Below the pieces are notes generated by a model. That model ran no database searches. It saw nothing but the letters and a program-made list of their open reading frames with translations, and had not been told where the DNA came from. A DNA stretch of 64,000 nt from Schmidtea nova. Taxonomy: Eukaryota. Below, one piece after another: positions 1 through 11,885 of the stretch. The stretch covers positions 183,520,001 to 183,584,000 of the forward strand of contig CM097882.1 in NCBI GenBank assembly GCA_044892505.1, written 5' to 3'. Each line of letters begins with the position of its first letter. Positions within the stretch are counted from its first letter, which is position 1. A program made the position numbers and the translations under genes.

Positions 1-896
1 TGTCACAATTCTCGAATTAATTCCATCCGTTTTCATAGTTCCCACGCTCGAATTTCTAAAGTTATCAGTTAAAAAACAACTACTCAAAATGTAAGTCAGT
101 GCATTAAAACAAAAAATTTCATTTAATTAAGTAAAGAACATGTTTTTGTTTGTGCTACGGGTAATAATTAATATGTTGTGTGTTTTGACGTTACCAACAG
201 TAGTCATGGGGGTTACACAATGGTGTGTTTATCATAGCAATAGTTACTTCAGGACTTAAATATTAACACATGTGGTTACCTTAGCAATAGTTACATGGGG
301 GCTATACTTTAATGTGTGTCTACTCTATCAAAAGGTTCCTCGATGATTATATATTGATATGTGTTTACCCTGGCAACAGGTTCCTCAGGGATTATATATT
401 GATGTGTGTATTTTCCTTGACAACATCTTCCTCGGGGATTATATATTGCTGTGTGTAGTTACCTTAACTACATCTATCATTAGGAATTATATATTGATGT
501 GTATGTATGTATGTTTACCCAGGCAACAAGCTCCTCAGGGAAGTCACCCTAATGTGTGTATTTACCCTGGAAACAGATTCCTCGAAGAAAATACATTGGT
601 GTGTGTTTACCCTAGCAACATCTTCCCTGGGACTATATATTGATGTGTGTGTTTACCCTAGCAACATCTTCCCCAAGATTATATATTGATGTGTGTGTTT
701 ACCCTAGCAACATCTTCCCCAAGATTATATATTGATGTGTGTGTTTACCCTAGCAACATATTTCACTAGGACTATATATTGATGTGTGTATACCCTAGCA
801 ACAGTTTACGCAAGGAATTCACCTTAATGTGTGTATTTACGTTAGCAACCGTTGCTATGTGAAAAAAGTGGTTCCGTGCGCTCACTTTCCCCTACT
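1..896. mobile_element. Right terminus/TIR of a Maverick (Polinton) copy related to the 22831-36386 element
   Basis: Diverged but colinear with 35353-36386; ends GTTGCTATGTGAAAAAAGTGG...CTCACTTTCCCCTACT at 896 versus ...CTCACTATCCCCTACT at 36386. The element continues off the left edge of the window. Confidence 0.85.
225..860. repeat. Subterminal ~46-50 bp repeat array of the Maverick TIR, core (G/A)TTTACC(C/T)T(A/G)GCAAC
   Basis: About 13 degenerate copies; near-exact units such as TGATGTGTGTGTTTACCCTAGCAACATCTTCCCCAAGATTATATAT at 642-780. Confidence 0.85.
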
Positions 897-1589
897 ATTG
901 GACTCCAGAGATTATACCATTTCGAATATGGATGTCAACTGGGATCGATCTTATGTAAAATGTAAAATCTGCATTGATCGATGGAAGATTTATCATTTTG
1001 AGGAAGGAGTTGGGAAAATATCATTTCACATGTATTGTGGATAATTAATAAATCAGTCAATTTGTCTTTTTTATTAAAGTTTTTATTAAAAATATTTCAC
1101 TGGTCAGTGTTTAATTTTAAAATTTCGGGATATTAGTAAAACAATTTGCATGCAATACGAGTACAACAAACATGAAGTGACTCACATATGCATGCAGCTC
1201 AACAAATGCATATCATGAATAATTCACACATGTCTCATACAGGTCACAACCATTTATCGTATACACCCACCATGCATTATCTGAAATATTTAAGAAAAAT
1301 TTGACAAAAGTTACAACTTTTGTTCATGATTGAATCAATGTATTTGTCCAATTGATTGTGTAAACCTCATCGATTTACTCCGAAAACCAGTATTTGAAAT
1401 AAACTGTTGCTTAACACCACTAAATATGACCAAATGTTTACTAAAAAATAAGCACAAAAACCCTTAACAGGATGTTTTCACTAAGAAATCCCTCTTATTT
1501 ACACATAAATTAGTTAATAAATTACCTGACAGTTACGAATCCATCCAATAAAACTTTATACTATAACTGTGATCTACCCAATGATACCG

Positions 1590-2010
1590 CCATTATTCTA
1601 TCAGTTTTGACCCATTGCATCTCATGTTAGAAGATAGTGTCATTTGCTTATCAGTTTTGACCCATCGCATTCCATGTAATAATATAACACCATTTACCTA
1701 TCAGCTTTGTCCCATCACATCCCAAGATAGCGTCATTCACCTCTCGATTTTCACCCATCGCATCTCATGTAATAATCTAGTACAATTTACCTATCAGCTT
1801 TGACCCACCTGGTTCCCAAATCTGATAAAACTAATCCCAATGTTTGATAAAAAACACACGTGTATGTTAATTTGTATATAAAATATTAAATATAGTACAA
1901 TTACGAACCCATCCATTAAAATTAAATAACCGTTAATATGTCGATATCATCTTTGACCCATCAAATTCCATGTAATAAGATACCTCCATCAACTTTGATA
2001 CACGGGGTTC
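1590..2010. repeat. Degenerate repeat, core ATCAG(T/C)TTTGACCCAT...CATGTAATAA
   Basis: About 7 diverged copies of TCAGTTTTGACCCAT-like words. Confidence 0.5.
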
Positions 2011-2099
2011 CGATCAAATTAGTCTGAATGTTTGATAAAAAACACATAAGTATGGGAATTTGAACGCATTCAAGAACCATTTTTATTAAAAGTTCAATG

Positions 2100-4456
2100 A
2101 AAAACTCCTATTTTTCACTAAAATTAGACAATTCAACTAAATTGAAAATTAAATCTAAATTGAAAATAAAATTTATTACAAACTCTTAAATAAAAATCTT
2201 AATATAAGTTAGATTGTAAATTATTAAATAAAAATTTTCAAAGTTATATTACAAATTATAGTTTATATTAATTTGTAAGATTAATTTAGTTTAATGCAAA
2301 GTTTAAGTAAAAACTTATTAAAAATAAATTAATCAAGTAAGTATTTTTGTTTTATTATATCAAATTAATTATTTTGCTTTAGATCATATTCAAAATAGAA
2401 AGTAAGATATCTTTTTAATTTTTAACTAATTTACTTTTAATTTAATGTTTAGTTTTATATGAAGTTGGATAATTGTAAGTTTATTTTTTATTTATAAATA
2501 TATTTTTAATTTAGATAATTAAGGTATGATAAAATGTTTACTATATGGAGAAACAGATGTAAGATTTGGTTATGTAAGCATTTTTATTTTAAAGTAATTA
2601 AATTAAGATTAAGATTAATTATAATTAATTATGTATAATATTAAGTATAATGTTTTAAATTTTTTTGCATTTTTAAGAAAATTAATAATCCAACAATTTT
2701 AATTAGTCAATTTAATAATAATTAATCTCATGTAGTAATTTAAATTGACTTTTTTTTTATTAAATCTTTGCACTAATAGGAATTAAACAAATTACTTTTA
2801 GTTTTGATAATTTAAATTTAATTTAGTATTTTAGTAAATTTAGTTATTATTTTTTAAATAAATGCATTTTAATGCAAACAATAAATTAAAACAAATTTTA
2901 TTAGTAAATTTTATCATAATAATTTTAAATTAACTTTTTATAAATATTTTAAATTTTCGCATTTTAAGGAAAATAAATAATTTAAACAAGATTAATTTAA
3001 CTTTAAGTAATTAGTTTAGGAAACCTTTTTGTATTTTAGTTAAAACTAATAATTTAAATAATGTTTAGTTAAATTAGTAATAGTTTTTCTTTTTAAATAA
3101 ATGTATTTCAATGCAAATAATTAATGAAAACAAATTTGATATTTATTAATAATTTTACTTTAGATAATTGTTTCAACGGGCCGGGAGAAACTTTTGGGAC
3201 TGGTAAATTATTTATAATTTAAATTATTCATTATTTTAGATAATATCAGGGACTTTGGCAAAAAGAAGAGAAAAATTTTATTTGTTTTTTATTTTAAAAT
3301 ATATTAGGGTGGGTGGGTTTCGTTTTCACCCTTTATTTTTTTCGAAGCATGCCAGTCGTTGTGGTGGGCGACCGTAATCCAACCAAATTGGAGGCCTCTG
3401 CAATGTTTGCTTATTTTTGACAACATATTAATTAATTTCGGTCATAGTGTCTATGACGATATCTTGCCGACACATTCATGGCGTATGAAACACTACGTTG
3501 TGGGTGATGTCTTTGTAGCTGGCTACCCTTGATTATCCGAGACATGATCGCTATAGATAGCGAACTATTGATGCCCAGGTCCTATTGACCCCACTTTGGG
3601 GGAGGCACCGACGACCCTTGTGGACGCGATTACTTGCCCAGCGTGTCTTTTAGACACAGGCATTTAATCACCGCTCTTTAGGACTGGCAATATTAAAACA
3701 CATGTTCTTTATCTTGTCTCTTCTTTNNNNNNNNNNNNNNNNNNNNNNNNNNNNNNNNNNNNNNNNNNNNNNNNNNNNNNNNNNNNNNNNNNNNNNNNNN
3801 NNNNNNNNNNNNNNNNNNNNNNNNNNNNNNNNNNNNNNNNNNNNNNNNNNNNNNNNNNNNNNNNNNNNNNNNNNNNNNNNNNNNNNNNNNNNNNNNNNNN
3901 NNNNNNNNNNNNNNNNNNNNNNNNNNNNNNNNNNNNNNNNNNNNNNNNNNNNNNNNNNNNNNTTTGAAAATTGCGCTAAAAATTTACTTTGATTAAACAA
4001 AATGACGCTTAAATTCAAAAAATTGCGACAAAAAATTTAAACTAAAATTCAAAAAAAAAATGCGGTAAAATTCTAAAATTGCGCCAAAAAAAAATTATTT
4101 ATTTACTCTATTTAAACAAAACGGCAGTAAAATTCAAAAATGGCGCCAAAAAAAATTAATTTACTTTATTTAAACAAAACGGCGGTAAAATTCAAAAATG
4201 GCGCCAAAAAATTAAAATTAAAACAAAAAATGACCTTGACCTTTGACCTCGAAACGACCTTGACCTTTGACCTCGATTACGTAATCATGACATCATAATT
4301 CGTGTGCTATGTAAAAGGTCGAGAAATATTATGTAATAACGTGTGTGCTATGTAAAACCCGAGAATTACGTAATCATGTGTGCTATGTAAAGTCCGAGCG
4401 ATTACGTAATATACACACATGGGGGTAGTGGTTCAGTAAGCTCACATCCTCCTACT
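2100..4456. mobile_element. Relic of a second Maverick-like family, right terminus at 4456
   Basis: Ends GCTCACATCCTCCTACT, preceded by repeated TGTGCTATGTAAA, resembling the termini at 896 and 36386; 3000-3190 and 4360-4456 have inverted homologues at 60506-60750 and 60284-60375. Left boundary is approximate; contains N gap 3727-3962. Confidence 0.55.
4030..4430. repeat. Subterminal repeats: ~57-bp GGCGGTAAAATTCAAAAATGGCGCCAAAAA units, two TGACCTTGACCTTTGACCTCGA-like units, three ATTACGTAAT palindromes
   Basis: Read directly from the sequence. Confidence 0.7.
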
Positions 4457-4558
4457 TTTTGGTAAAACATTTATCCAAGTTTTATTACCCTACTACACGA
4501 AAAACATTCTGAGTCTATCTCTCAGTGTTCGAATTAATCTCTCTACATGAGCGGCTTT

Positions 4559-5135
4559 TTATTGAGAATGTACAGTGTAATGATTAATTTTAAGGTAATC
4601 CGTTATATTCTTTGCTTTACAGTTGTAAATTTCTTTACCTAAATCAGTTTCTAAATTATTTGTATGTCCATTTGCAATCATGAATTCTATAGCTTTAGAA
4701 ATATCATCAGCAGATTTGTTTTTGGCTGAAATAGCGCGAGCAAAACGACTGAACACATCGGTACATGTTCGATTTGCATCGCCTTTAGAAAACAGATGTT
4801 GAGTGATAAAAATAACTGTAACACCAACATGTCTACTGATTTTTGTAAATAAATTGTTGAAATTATTTTCTTTATTGGCTTCTTGATACAAATCGTCAAT
4901 GACAATTACATCTCCCTTGTGTAATCGATAAAATCAAATTGTATCAAATCACTTTACTATTTTCATATTTTTCAATATAAAGAAATTATCTGGAGTCAAT
5001 CCATGCTCTTCATCAGCACCTCGATACTAATAAATACTTTTAAATTTCAATTTATTTAAATGGGATTTTAATAATTAGAAACAAACAAGTTTTTTCCACT
5101 ACAACTGAATCCCACAATACGCTTATATGCAAAGC
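4559..5135 (-). pseudogene. Maverick A32/FtsK-like packaging ATPase relic
   Basis: Walker A-like RIVGFSCSGK (~5092-5121), Walker B KGDVIVIDDL (~4888-4917), then LFTKISRHVGVTVIFITQHLF; frameshifted; homology stops near 4765, after which unrelated sequence follows. Confidence 0.8.
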
Positions 5136-8107
5136 GTATATGCAAATGATGAACATTAGTATGTTAATGCAATCATCCAAGGTCACAAACAAGTGCCGGT
5201 AAATCGTAAAACTGTAATTTGGAAAAAGTTAAAAATCTGTCCAAACTGTAATATAGAAATAATTGTATCTTGTTTTATTTTTAATAAATTTATTAATGTA
5301 TATAGTTTTAATTAATTAATTATTAACAAAGACATACATCCACCTCAATTTCAAATAATAATAATAATAATAATAATATTTATAAAATATAAGACAATTG
5401 CAATACAAGTGCAAAGCTAATGCAATTCTATTGCATTATTAACAAAAGACAATTTGCGACAACAACTTTGATCCTATGAAAATAATTACTCTTAGAATAT
5501 TTTTCAGAGAACTAAACATTAAATATATTTTTTATACGACCTTTCGTTTAAGTTGTATGGGGTTAGGGGTCTCTGTCTTGACTTAGAAAAACTTTCGATG
5601 ATGATTCATCGTCAACTCAAAACTTTTCATGGGTTTAGACACAAACATACAATCATACTGGTTTTGATACACGTGTCTGTGTGTAATAATAGAAAAGGTT
5701 TGAAAAGAAATCATCAAAACTTTGAAAAAACTTTGAAAAAACCCTAAATTTCTTTTAATGACCTAACCTACATTATGACTCATCAAACCTTGATCGGATT
5801 ATGTGACTTGGACAAATCGTGGGCTCACAACATTTTTGGCTGGAAGTTATCCCTGCAAATATGAGTCATCGAGGGCTCACTTCTACCTACTAACTTGTAT
5901 GGAGTTTTGTTTTATATTAAATTTCTTTAAATTCCAACTCTAATTAAATTATTATTTTCACAGTCCTATCAAAATGGAGTTTAATTAAAAATAAAATTTA
6001 ATTATATCAATCAAATAAAACTGTGATTGGCTATCAAGAAATATCATGGTATGATGGTCAGAAACTAGCGTTATGTCGGATTAGAGATTCGCTAAATTGA
6101 TTTATTTTTCATTCCAGGCTACGAAATGATATTTATGTCGCATATGACAGTGGGGAAAGGGATTTGATAGAATACTTGAATACGGTTCAATTGAAACTAC
6201 GATATTGTCGTTGTTGTTTTAATCATTCATTTATCATTGATGTTGAAACAGATTGATGAAAATTTGCACAAAAACGTGGCGTATTGGGATACGCTCAATG
6301 AAGTTGAAAACGTAAATCTCTACAATCAGCGATTACTATGAGATTGGAGAATAAATTAAAAATTAGAGAAAAAATACAGTGTGAATTTTAAAGAAAAATT
6401 AATTTTTTTCTTGATTAATCATTCATAAAACTTTATATGATTAATATTTTGTTTAAATGATTCAATTTCATTGAAAAATATATTTATATTGTTTAAGTAG
6501 AACATGAAATTTCATGGATATTTTAGAAGCTAACTGATAATGATAAATAAAAAATTCAGATTATTAAAAGAAATCAATTATAAATTACGAAAAATGTAAT
6601 TAATATAAACAATATTTTGTTTTGATGAATCTTTATAAATTATTTATTTTCTCTTTTATACTAACTCTGTGGCATATTTTCACAGGTTTTGCTAACTGAC
6701 ATCATATGTCTCTCTGATTCTGAGGATAAATAATAAAAAGCATGGTTTGACTGCAAAGAAATGAACAAAAAAACAAAAAAACAAATTAAAAATAATTATT
6801 AGTTTTATATCTCCTACTAGATATTAAATAATTTTGATACACTATATGGTTTCTCATTTGATAGTATGACCTATGCGTTAGATAATGTTAATATTTCATT
6901 TATTGATGTTTGCTGGTAATTGATAATATATTTATAATTATTTCTCAAATGAATTTTAATCCAAAATTATTGTATAAATCTTAATCTTCATCGTTAGGTT
7001 ACTTTTATTTTTTATACCCTCATCAAATTTTAATTGCTATATTCATTTTTAACTTTTCCCCCGCAAAATATTGATTTTCAATTTTAATTAATTATTAATT
7101 TGTTTTTGTCTCAATTTGAATTACATATTGCATTTTGATTTGTCCATTTTTGTGTAACCACAACAATATTTGTCACACTTTTAGGCTTTTTTAAGATGTA
7201 AGTGAAGGAGTTGATTAAGAAACTTTAGTGTACGTAATATTGTTGAAAGTAACCTCTTTCACAAAGTCCCTGACACAAACAATATATATTCTTCGCAACT
7301 AAATATACTTTTGTTTATATCTAAAAAAAATAAAATGTGCATTGCATTGTTATATTTTTGAAATATCTACTTTCAGAACTTAAGTCGTAAAATAGTAAAA
7401 TTGTAATTTTAAAATAAGTAAAAAAATAAATAAAAAAGTAAGCATATCGTTTCAATAATACAGTAATAAAATAGAGATTTATAACTGACTTCGGAGTAAA
7501 ACATAAAATAGTGGTGGAGATTGTGAAAGAAAATACTGATTCAATGAAGATAAATTGATATAGAAACGAAAATGTTGAATGCAAATATAAAAATGATCCA
7601 AATAGAGATGCAAATGTGACAGATTGTGAAAGTAAAATAGTGATGGTAAAGAGAAAATTTTAATGTTGTTTAATTTACTAAATCTTTGCTATTATTTTCT
7701 CAATTCTTAATTTCTTCCTCTCAGAATCCCAGAATATCACACTATTTCTTCTACCTATTTTCCCCCAATCATTTTTTTCATTTAGTAATATTATTTAATT
7801 TTTATTATTTATTATTATCAACAAAGCTTATCAATACCAACCAGTTCATTTTTACTATTCGTATAATGGAAAATAAAATAGAAAAATTCTATTATTAAGC
7901 AAATTTAAAGAAAAAGAAAAGATGATAAAAGTTTTAAAAAGAACAAAGAAGCACTTGAAATTCAAAAAAATCTATGTTATGATTGCAGTAAAACTGCATC
8001 TGACAGACTTAATTCAGCTAATCATAGAGCTCCTCATGATTATATGAAGTGGTCAGCGAAAAGAAGCCGTGTGAAAATGAATGAAAATCAATAACAGTTT
8101 TCGTATA

Positions 8108-9417
8108 CACCCGGTTTCAAGCATTAAAAATAACTATGATACAAGTAGGTGTGCACACCTACTTGTTACTCATAGTTATTTTGTTTAATGTTTTATTTAT
8201 TCATTTAGACATCTTTTTTCATTTAGCCATTTTTTTAAAAATGGCTATCAGGTAATCTTATTTATCTAGATATCTTTTAATGCTTCTATTTTGATCTTAC
8301 AATGATATAAGATCACTATAGAAGCTTTGAAAGTTTATCTTTATTCTTCATTATTAATTTGATTTTATGTTTATTAGCATTTTTAGAAAATTACGAATTT
8401 TTATGAATGTTTTTGGAAATATTTCATTAAACGTAAGTAAAAGAAAATTTTTTAACAACAGTTTAAAAATTAAATCCATCAGTCTCCGAATATTTACGCA
8501 AGGCTTCACTTTTTTCATGGTAATTAAATGATTTTTTAGAAACCGACAAATCGTCGCTCTGGAAACATTGCAATTAAGTCCAACGAGATAATTTTGCAAT
8601 TCTTCCAGTGTTGCATATACGTTTTCTTCGACGAAATTTAATAATTGATTTCCTTCTTCTTCTGATATTTTAAATGTAGAGCAACCTCTTTTTTTGTTTG
8701 CCAATCGGCTAAACTTTTTATATGTATAAATAATTGTCGTTATTTATTTTTTTGGGATGCCTAATAAATTTCCAAATTCGTAATAATCTCCGCCATTCTC
8801 CATGGCATTAATTATTCTTATTTTATCTTTTTCAGAAATCCTAACAATATTATACTTTTAATAAAAATAAATAATAATTTACGATTTTCTGGTTTTCTTT
8901 GCATTTAATTTCCCACATGAAGTTTCAGGAACTTCAGAATTATCAAAAGTACTATGAAAAAATGTTTAATTAATCATAAATTACGAAGTTCTTACCATAT
9001 AATGTCTTCAAATTCACGAAATGGAAGAGTTTCTGTAGAAATTTCGGAAATATCGGAAATCCTATGAAATATTGAATTAAGTATAATTTTTAAAAAAATC
9101 TTACGACGTATTTTCTCTTTCTCGAAAACTAACAGTCGATTCATTTGAAGAGCATTCAAAATTCATATTTTTCACCAAATAAAAATTTTATTATAATATT
9201 TTAATCACGAAATGAGATGTACCCTTAAAAGTTTTCATGCAATTTTTATTGTGTGTTGTGTTTGTGTGTATATCTTAATTTTTCTTACAGAATGTCTATC
9301 ACATATTAAAATTTTTAAACGACGAAATATCAAAATGCAACACCTACGTAAGTTTTCATTTACTATTGGTTATTTTTAATTTACATTATAGAAATTTTTA
9401 ATGCTTGAAACCAGGTG
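8108..9417 (-). mobile_element. Non-autonomous Tc1/IS630-like DNA transposon
   Basis: 23-bp TIRs CACC(C/T)GGTTTCAAGCATTAAAAA at 8108-8130 and 9395-9417, TA on both sides; internal HTH remnants, no catalytic domain seen. Confidence 0.85.
8354..8830 (-). pseudogene. Tc1/IS630 transposase N-terminal double-HTH fragment
   Basis: ISEKDKIRIINAMENG...LLGIPKK* then ATLEELQNYL...VSRATICRFLKNHLITMKK; truncated before the DDE domain. Confidence 0.7.
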
Positions 9418-10029
9418 TATTAAACATTTAGAAGTTCTGTCAGTATTTGTGATAAGTCATTTCTCTACAAATCAAATTATTGTTTAATTCATTGATGAAA
9501 TTTAGGAATTTTTGGCCGATTTCTGTATTCATAAATTTACACTTGGTTATCTTTATTGCAATAATTCTTTTTAACAACTGCTTAAACCATTTAAAAAGAG
9601 ATAAATTTAATAAATTTTTAAAATTGTCGATTCTTATTTTTTTGATTTTTGCTTGTACGAAATTTTGACATATGTTGGATCCACCATTTGGTCCACATTT
9701 AGCATAAATAATAAGAATAATAAGAAATAAATAAGAATAAATTAAAATTAATATAATTACCAGAAATTTCAGAAAAAAGATGAATTAAAAGTTATAAATT
9801 TATATAAATTTAACAGCAAGAATTAAGAGAAATAGAATTGAAATTATTAAAAGTATTAAGAAAATGATACATAATTATATTTAAATAAAAAAGAAAGTAA
9901 AGCAAATAAGTAGAATTACAAAAAATAATAAAAATCAAAACAGCAAATTGCTAGCAATTGACAACAAAATCAATTGATTTTAGCGTTAATAAAATTTATT
10001 ATTTGTGCTGATCTGATGATCAGCTTCAA

Positions 10030-10178
10030 GCTGATTGGTTCAGCATTTGATCTGGTCAGTATAAATACTGATCCAGATTCAGTTAAAATTCAATGAACAG
10101 TAGATGAAATTTTTTTCAACATTTTGTTGTATGCAAATTTTGTGAAGACAATATTTTTGAAAAACTAAAAGGTATGAG
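10030..10178 (+). promoter_or_regulatory. Putative LTR promoter and major splice donor
   Basis: ATTGG (CCAAT box) ~10034, TATAAATA 10060-10067, Inr-like TCAGTT 10079-10084, donor AAG|GTATGA at 10172. Confidence 0.55.
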
Positions 10179-10292
10179 TATTTTGTTTTTTATTATATTA
10201 TGAATTCTGACATTGCCATTATAGTTATTTAAATGAAATTAATAAAACTTTCTGAATATGTTACATTCTTTTGAATTTAGAATTAAATTAAG

Positions 10293-10581
10293 CTTCTTCC
10301 ACTGTGCAATCAGTGGAAGGAGACGACTTTATCTATTTATTTATCTATCTTTTATTGAGCTTCTTCCATCGTGTAATCGGTGGAAGGAGACAACCTTAGT
10401 GTATTATGCTAACCATTACTTACAAGTATATATTTTTTAGAAGTGAATTTTTGGGTCGAGCTTCTTCCTCTGTGCAATCAGTGGAAGGAGGCGAATATAT
10501 ATTATTTATATACCGTAGTTATAGTAGAAAATTACGTATGATTTAAGGGGCTCCGATCACCGTGCAATCGGTGAAATGGAG
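10293..10581 (+). other. Four stem-loops with conserved TG(C/T)AAT hexaloop (copy at 45601-45889)
   Basis: CTTCCACTG-TGCAAT-CAGTGGAAG (10296-10319); CTTCCATCG-TGTAAT-CGGTGGAAG (10363-10386); CTTCCTCTG-TGCAAT-CAGTGGAAG (10464-10487); TCACCG-TGCAAT-CGGTGA (10557-10574). Confidence 0.7.
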
Positions 10582-11046
10582 GCATACTGTGCCGAGTAGA
10601 ATGACTGCTCCGTACAGTTGGGCCGTCCGACCGGTGTAAAGCGCCGTGAAGAGGGTAGGAATTTTTATTTAACCATGATTTCTAACCTTATTTTTCACTG
10701 GATAGTATAACCAGTTGAAGTTTATTTTATAACCGATTTGATTTTATGAGTTTATAGTTGAGTAAAGTTTGATTTTAGTTTGAGACAGATATAGCTGCGA
10801 TCTTATTAACCTGATTTTACCTTGAGATTCACAGAGCGTTAACCTATATTTTTCGATTGTCACATCTGGGGTTTGTGGGCATAAAGCGGCAGATACACGG
10901 TTAAGAATTTGTACAAAACATATTTTTAACAACATTATCAAAAATCGATAACTTTAATAGCGTAGTGATCTACTACGCAAGTAACATAGCAGCAATAGGC
11001 TATAGGATCAAACATTCCACATAAATAATTAAACATAATTGCTTAT

Positions 11047-11172
11047 CCTGAACCCTGTATATAGGGCAGTAGATCTGAGTTTTATTTAAATAATTTTCTT
11101 ATCCTGACTGCTGTATATAGCACAGGCGTAAATAAATAAATGAAGGTATCTGATCGCTGTACATAGCGACAG
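11047..11172 (+). other. Three stem-loops with GTA(T/C)AT loop, each containing a perfect TGTAHATA word (copy at 46355-46480)
   Basis: CTG-aa-CCCT-GTATAT-AGGG-CAG; CCTG-ac-TGCT-GTATAT-AGCA-CAGG; CTG-a-TCGCT-GTACAT-AGCGA-CAG. Confidence 0.7.
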
Positions 11173-11294
11173 TGTTGAAAATAGGTAAATCATTTTCTCT
11201 TCCTGAATTAACAATTAACAGTCGTCGAAAGAATGAGAATTGTTCAAATCCACACAACCAATTTATGTTAATAAACCATCTTGAATTTTAGAGA

Positions 11295-11885
11295 ATGTCA
11301 GTCAACTCAACCACTAATCAAGCCGAATTGGATAAAGCATGGAGGATAATTCGCAGCCTCGAAAAGGAAATGCTGCGAAAATCAGAAAAGCTAAAGGAAG
11401 CCGATGGAATAATTTCAAACCTGAAGAAAAGCTGGTTCAGTCCAGAACAAATGAAAATACAAATTATAAAAAATCAACGCTCGCAGCGAGCCAACAGCGA
11501 AATACAAATGGAATTAGATGCTACAAAGATGGAGCTGAAAAAATGTTTAAAATCCGTGACAGCTACCTATCTAAATCAAGAGCTCAGACAGCTCATTCGA
11601 CCACTCACCTACCAGCATTGGGCTGAAGAAAAATCGGAATGTTCGAAAGGGACGAACACAGAGGAACCCTCTCAGGTTCAAGTAACAACAGCAGCAATTA
11701 CACCAAAAAGTGTTACGATTTCAGAAGGCAAAAAGAAGAAGAAGAGCAAGATGGGAGCGCGCCAGCGTCGCTGGAAGAAACAAGTTCTTCAGCAATTGGC
11801 ACAACAGTCAACAGAAATTCCGGAAATTGATTTAACTATGAACTTTGCAAATTCCGATGAAGACATTACCAAATATTTCGAATAG
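11295..11885 (+). CDS. LTR-encoded 196-aa protein: coiled coil, basic K/R patch, acidic-hydrophobic tail; function unknown
   Basis: ATG preceded by TTTTAG|AGA; KKKKKSKMGARQRRWKK; identical in both LTRs. Confidence 0.7.
   Translation: MSVNSTTNQAELDKAWRIIRSLEKEMLRKSEKLKEADGIISNLKKSWFSPEQMKIQIIKNQRSQRANSEIQMELDATKMELKKCLKSVTATYLNQELRQLIRPLTYQHWAEEKSECSKGTNTEEPSQVQVTTAAITPKSVTISEGKKKKKSKMGARQRRWKKQVLQQLAQQSTEIPEIDLTMNFANSDEDITKYFE

Noticed and set aside
359-689. ORFs in Maverick TIRs (MCLPWQQV..., also 22842-23240 and 35700-36375)
   Set aside because: Translations of the subterminal repeat array; no protein features.
3340-3700. Relatively GC-rich island next to the first gap
   Set aside because: No sustained ORF, RNA structure or recognisable motif found.
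5900-8100. Possible host-gene exons (acceptor-like sites near 6116 and 6686)
   Set aside because: Short frames with stops; no recognisable protein.
10296-10487. Iron-responsive elements (CAGTG present)
   Set aside because: CAGTG lies in the 3' stem arm, not in the loop; no bulged-C geometry.
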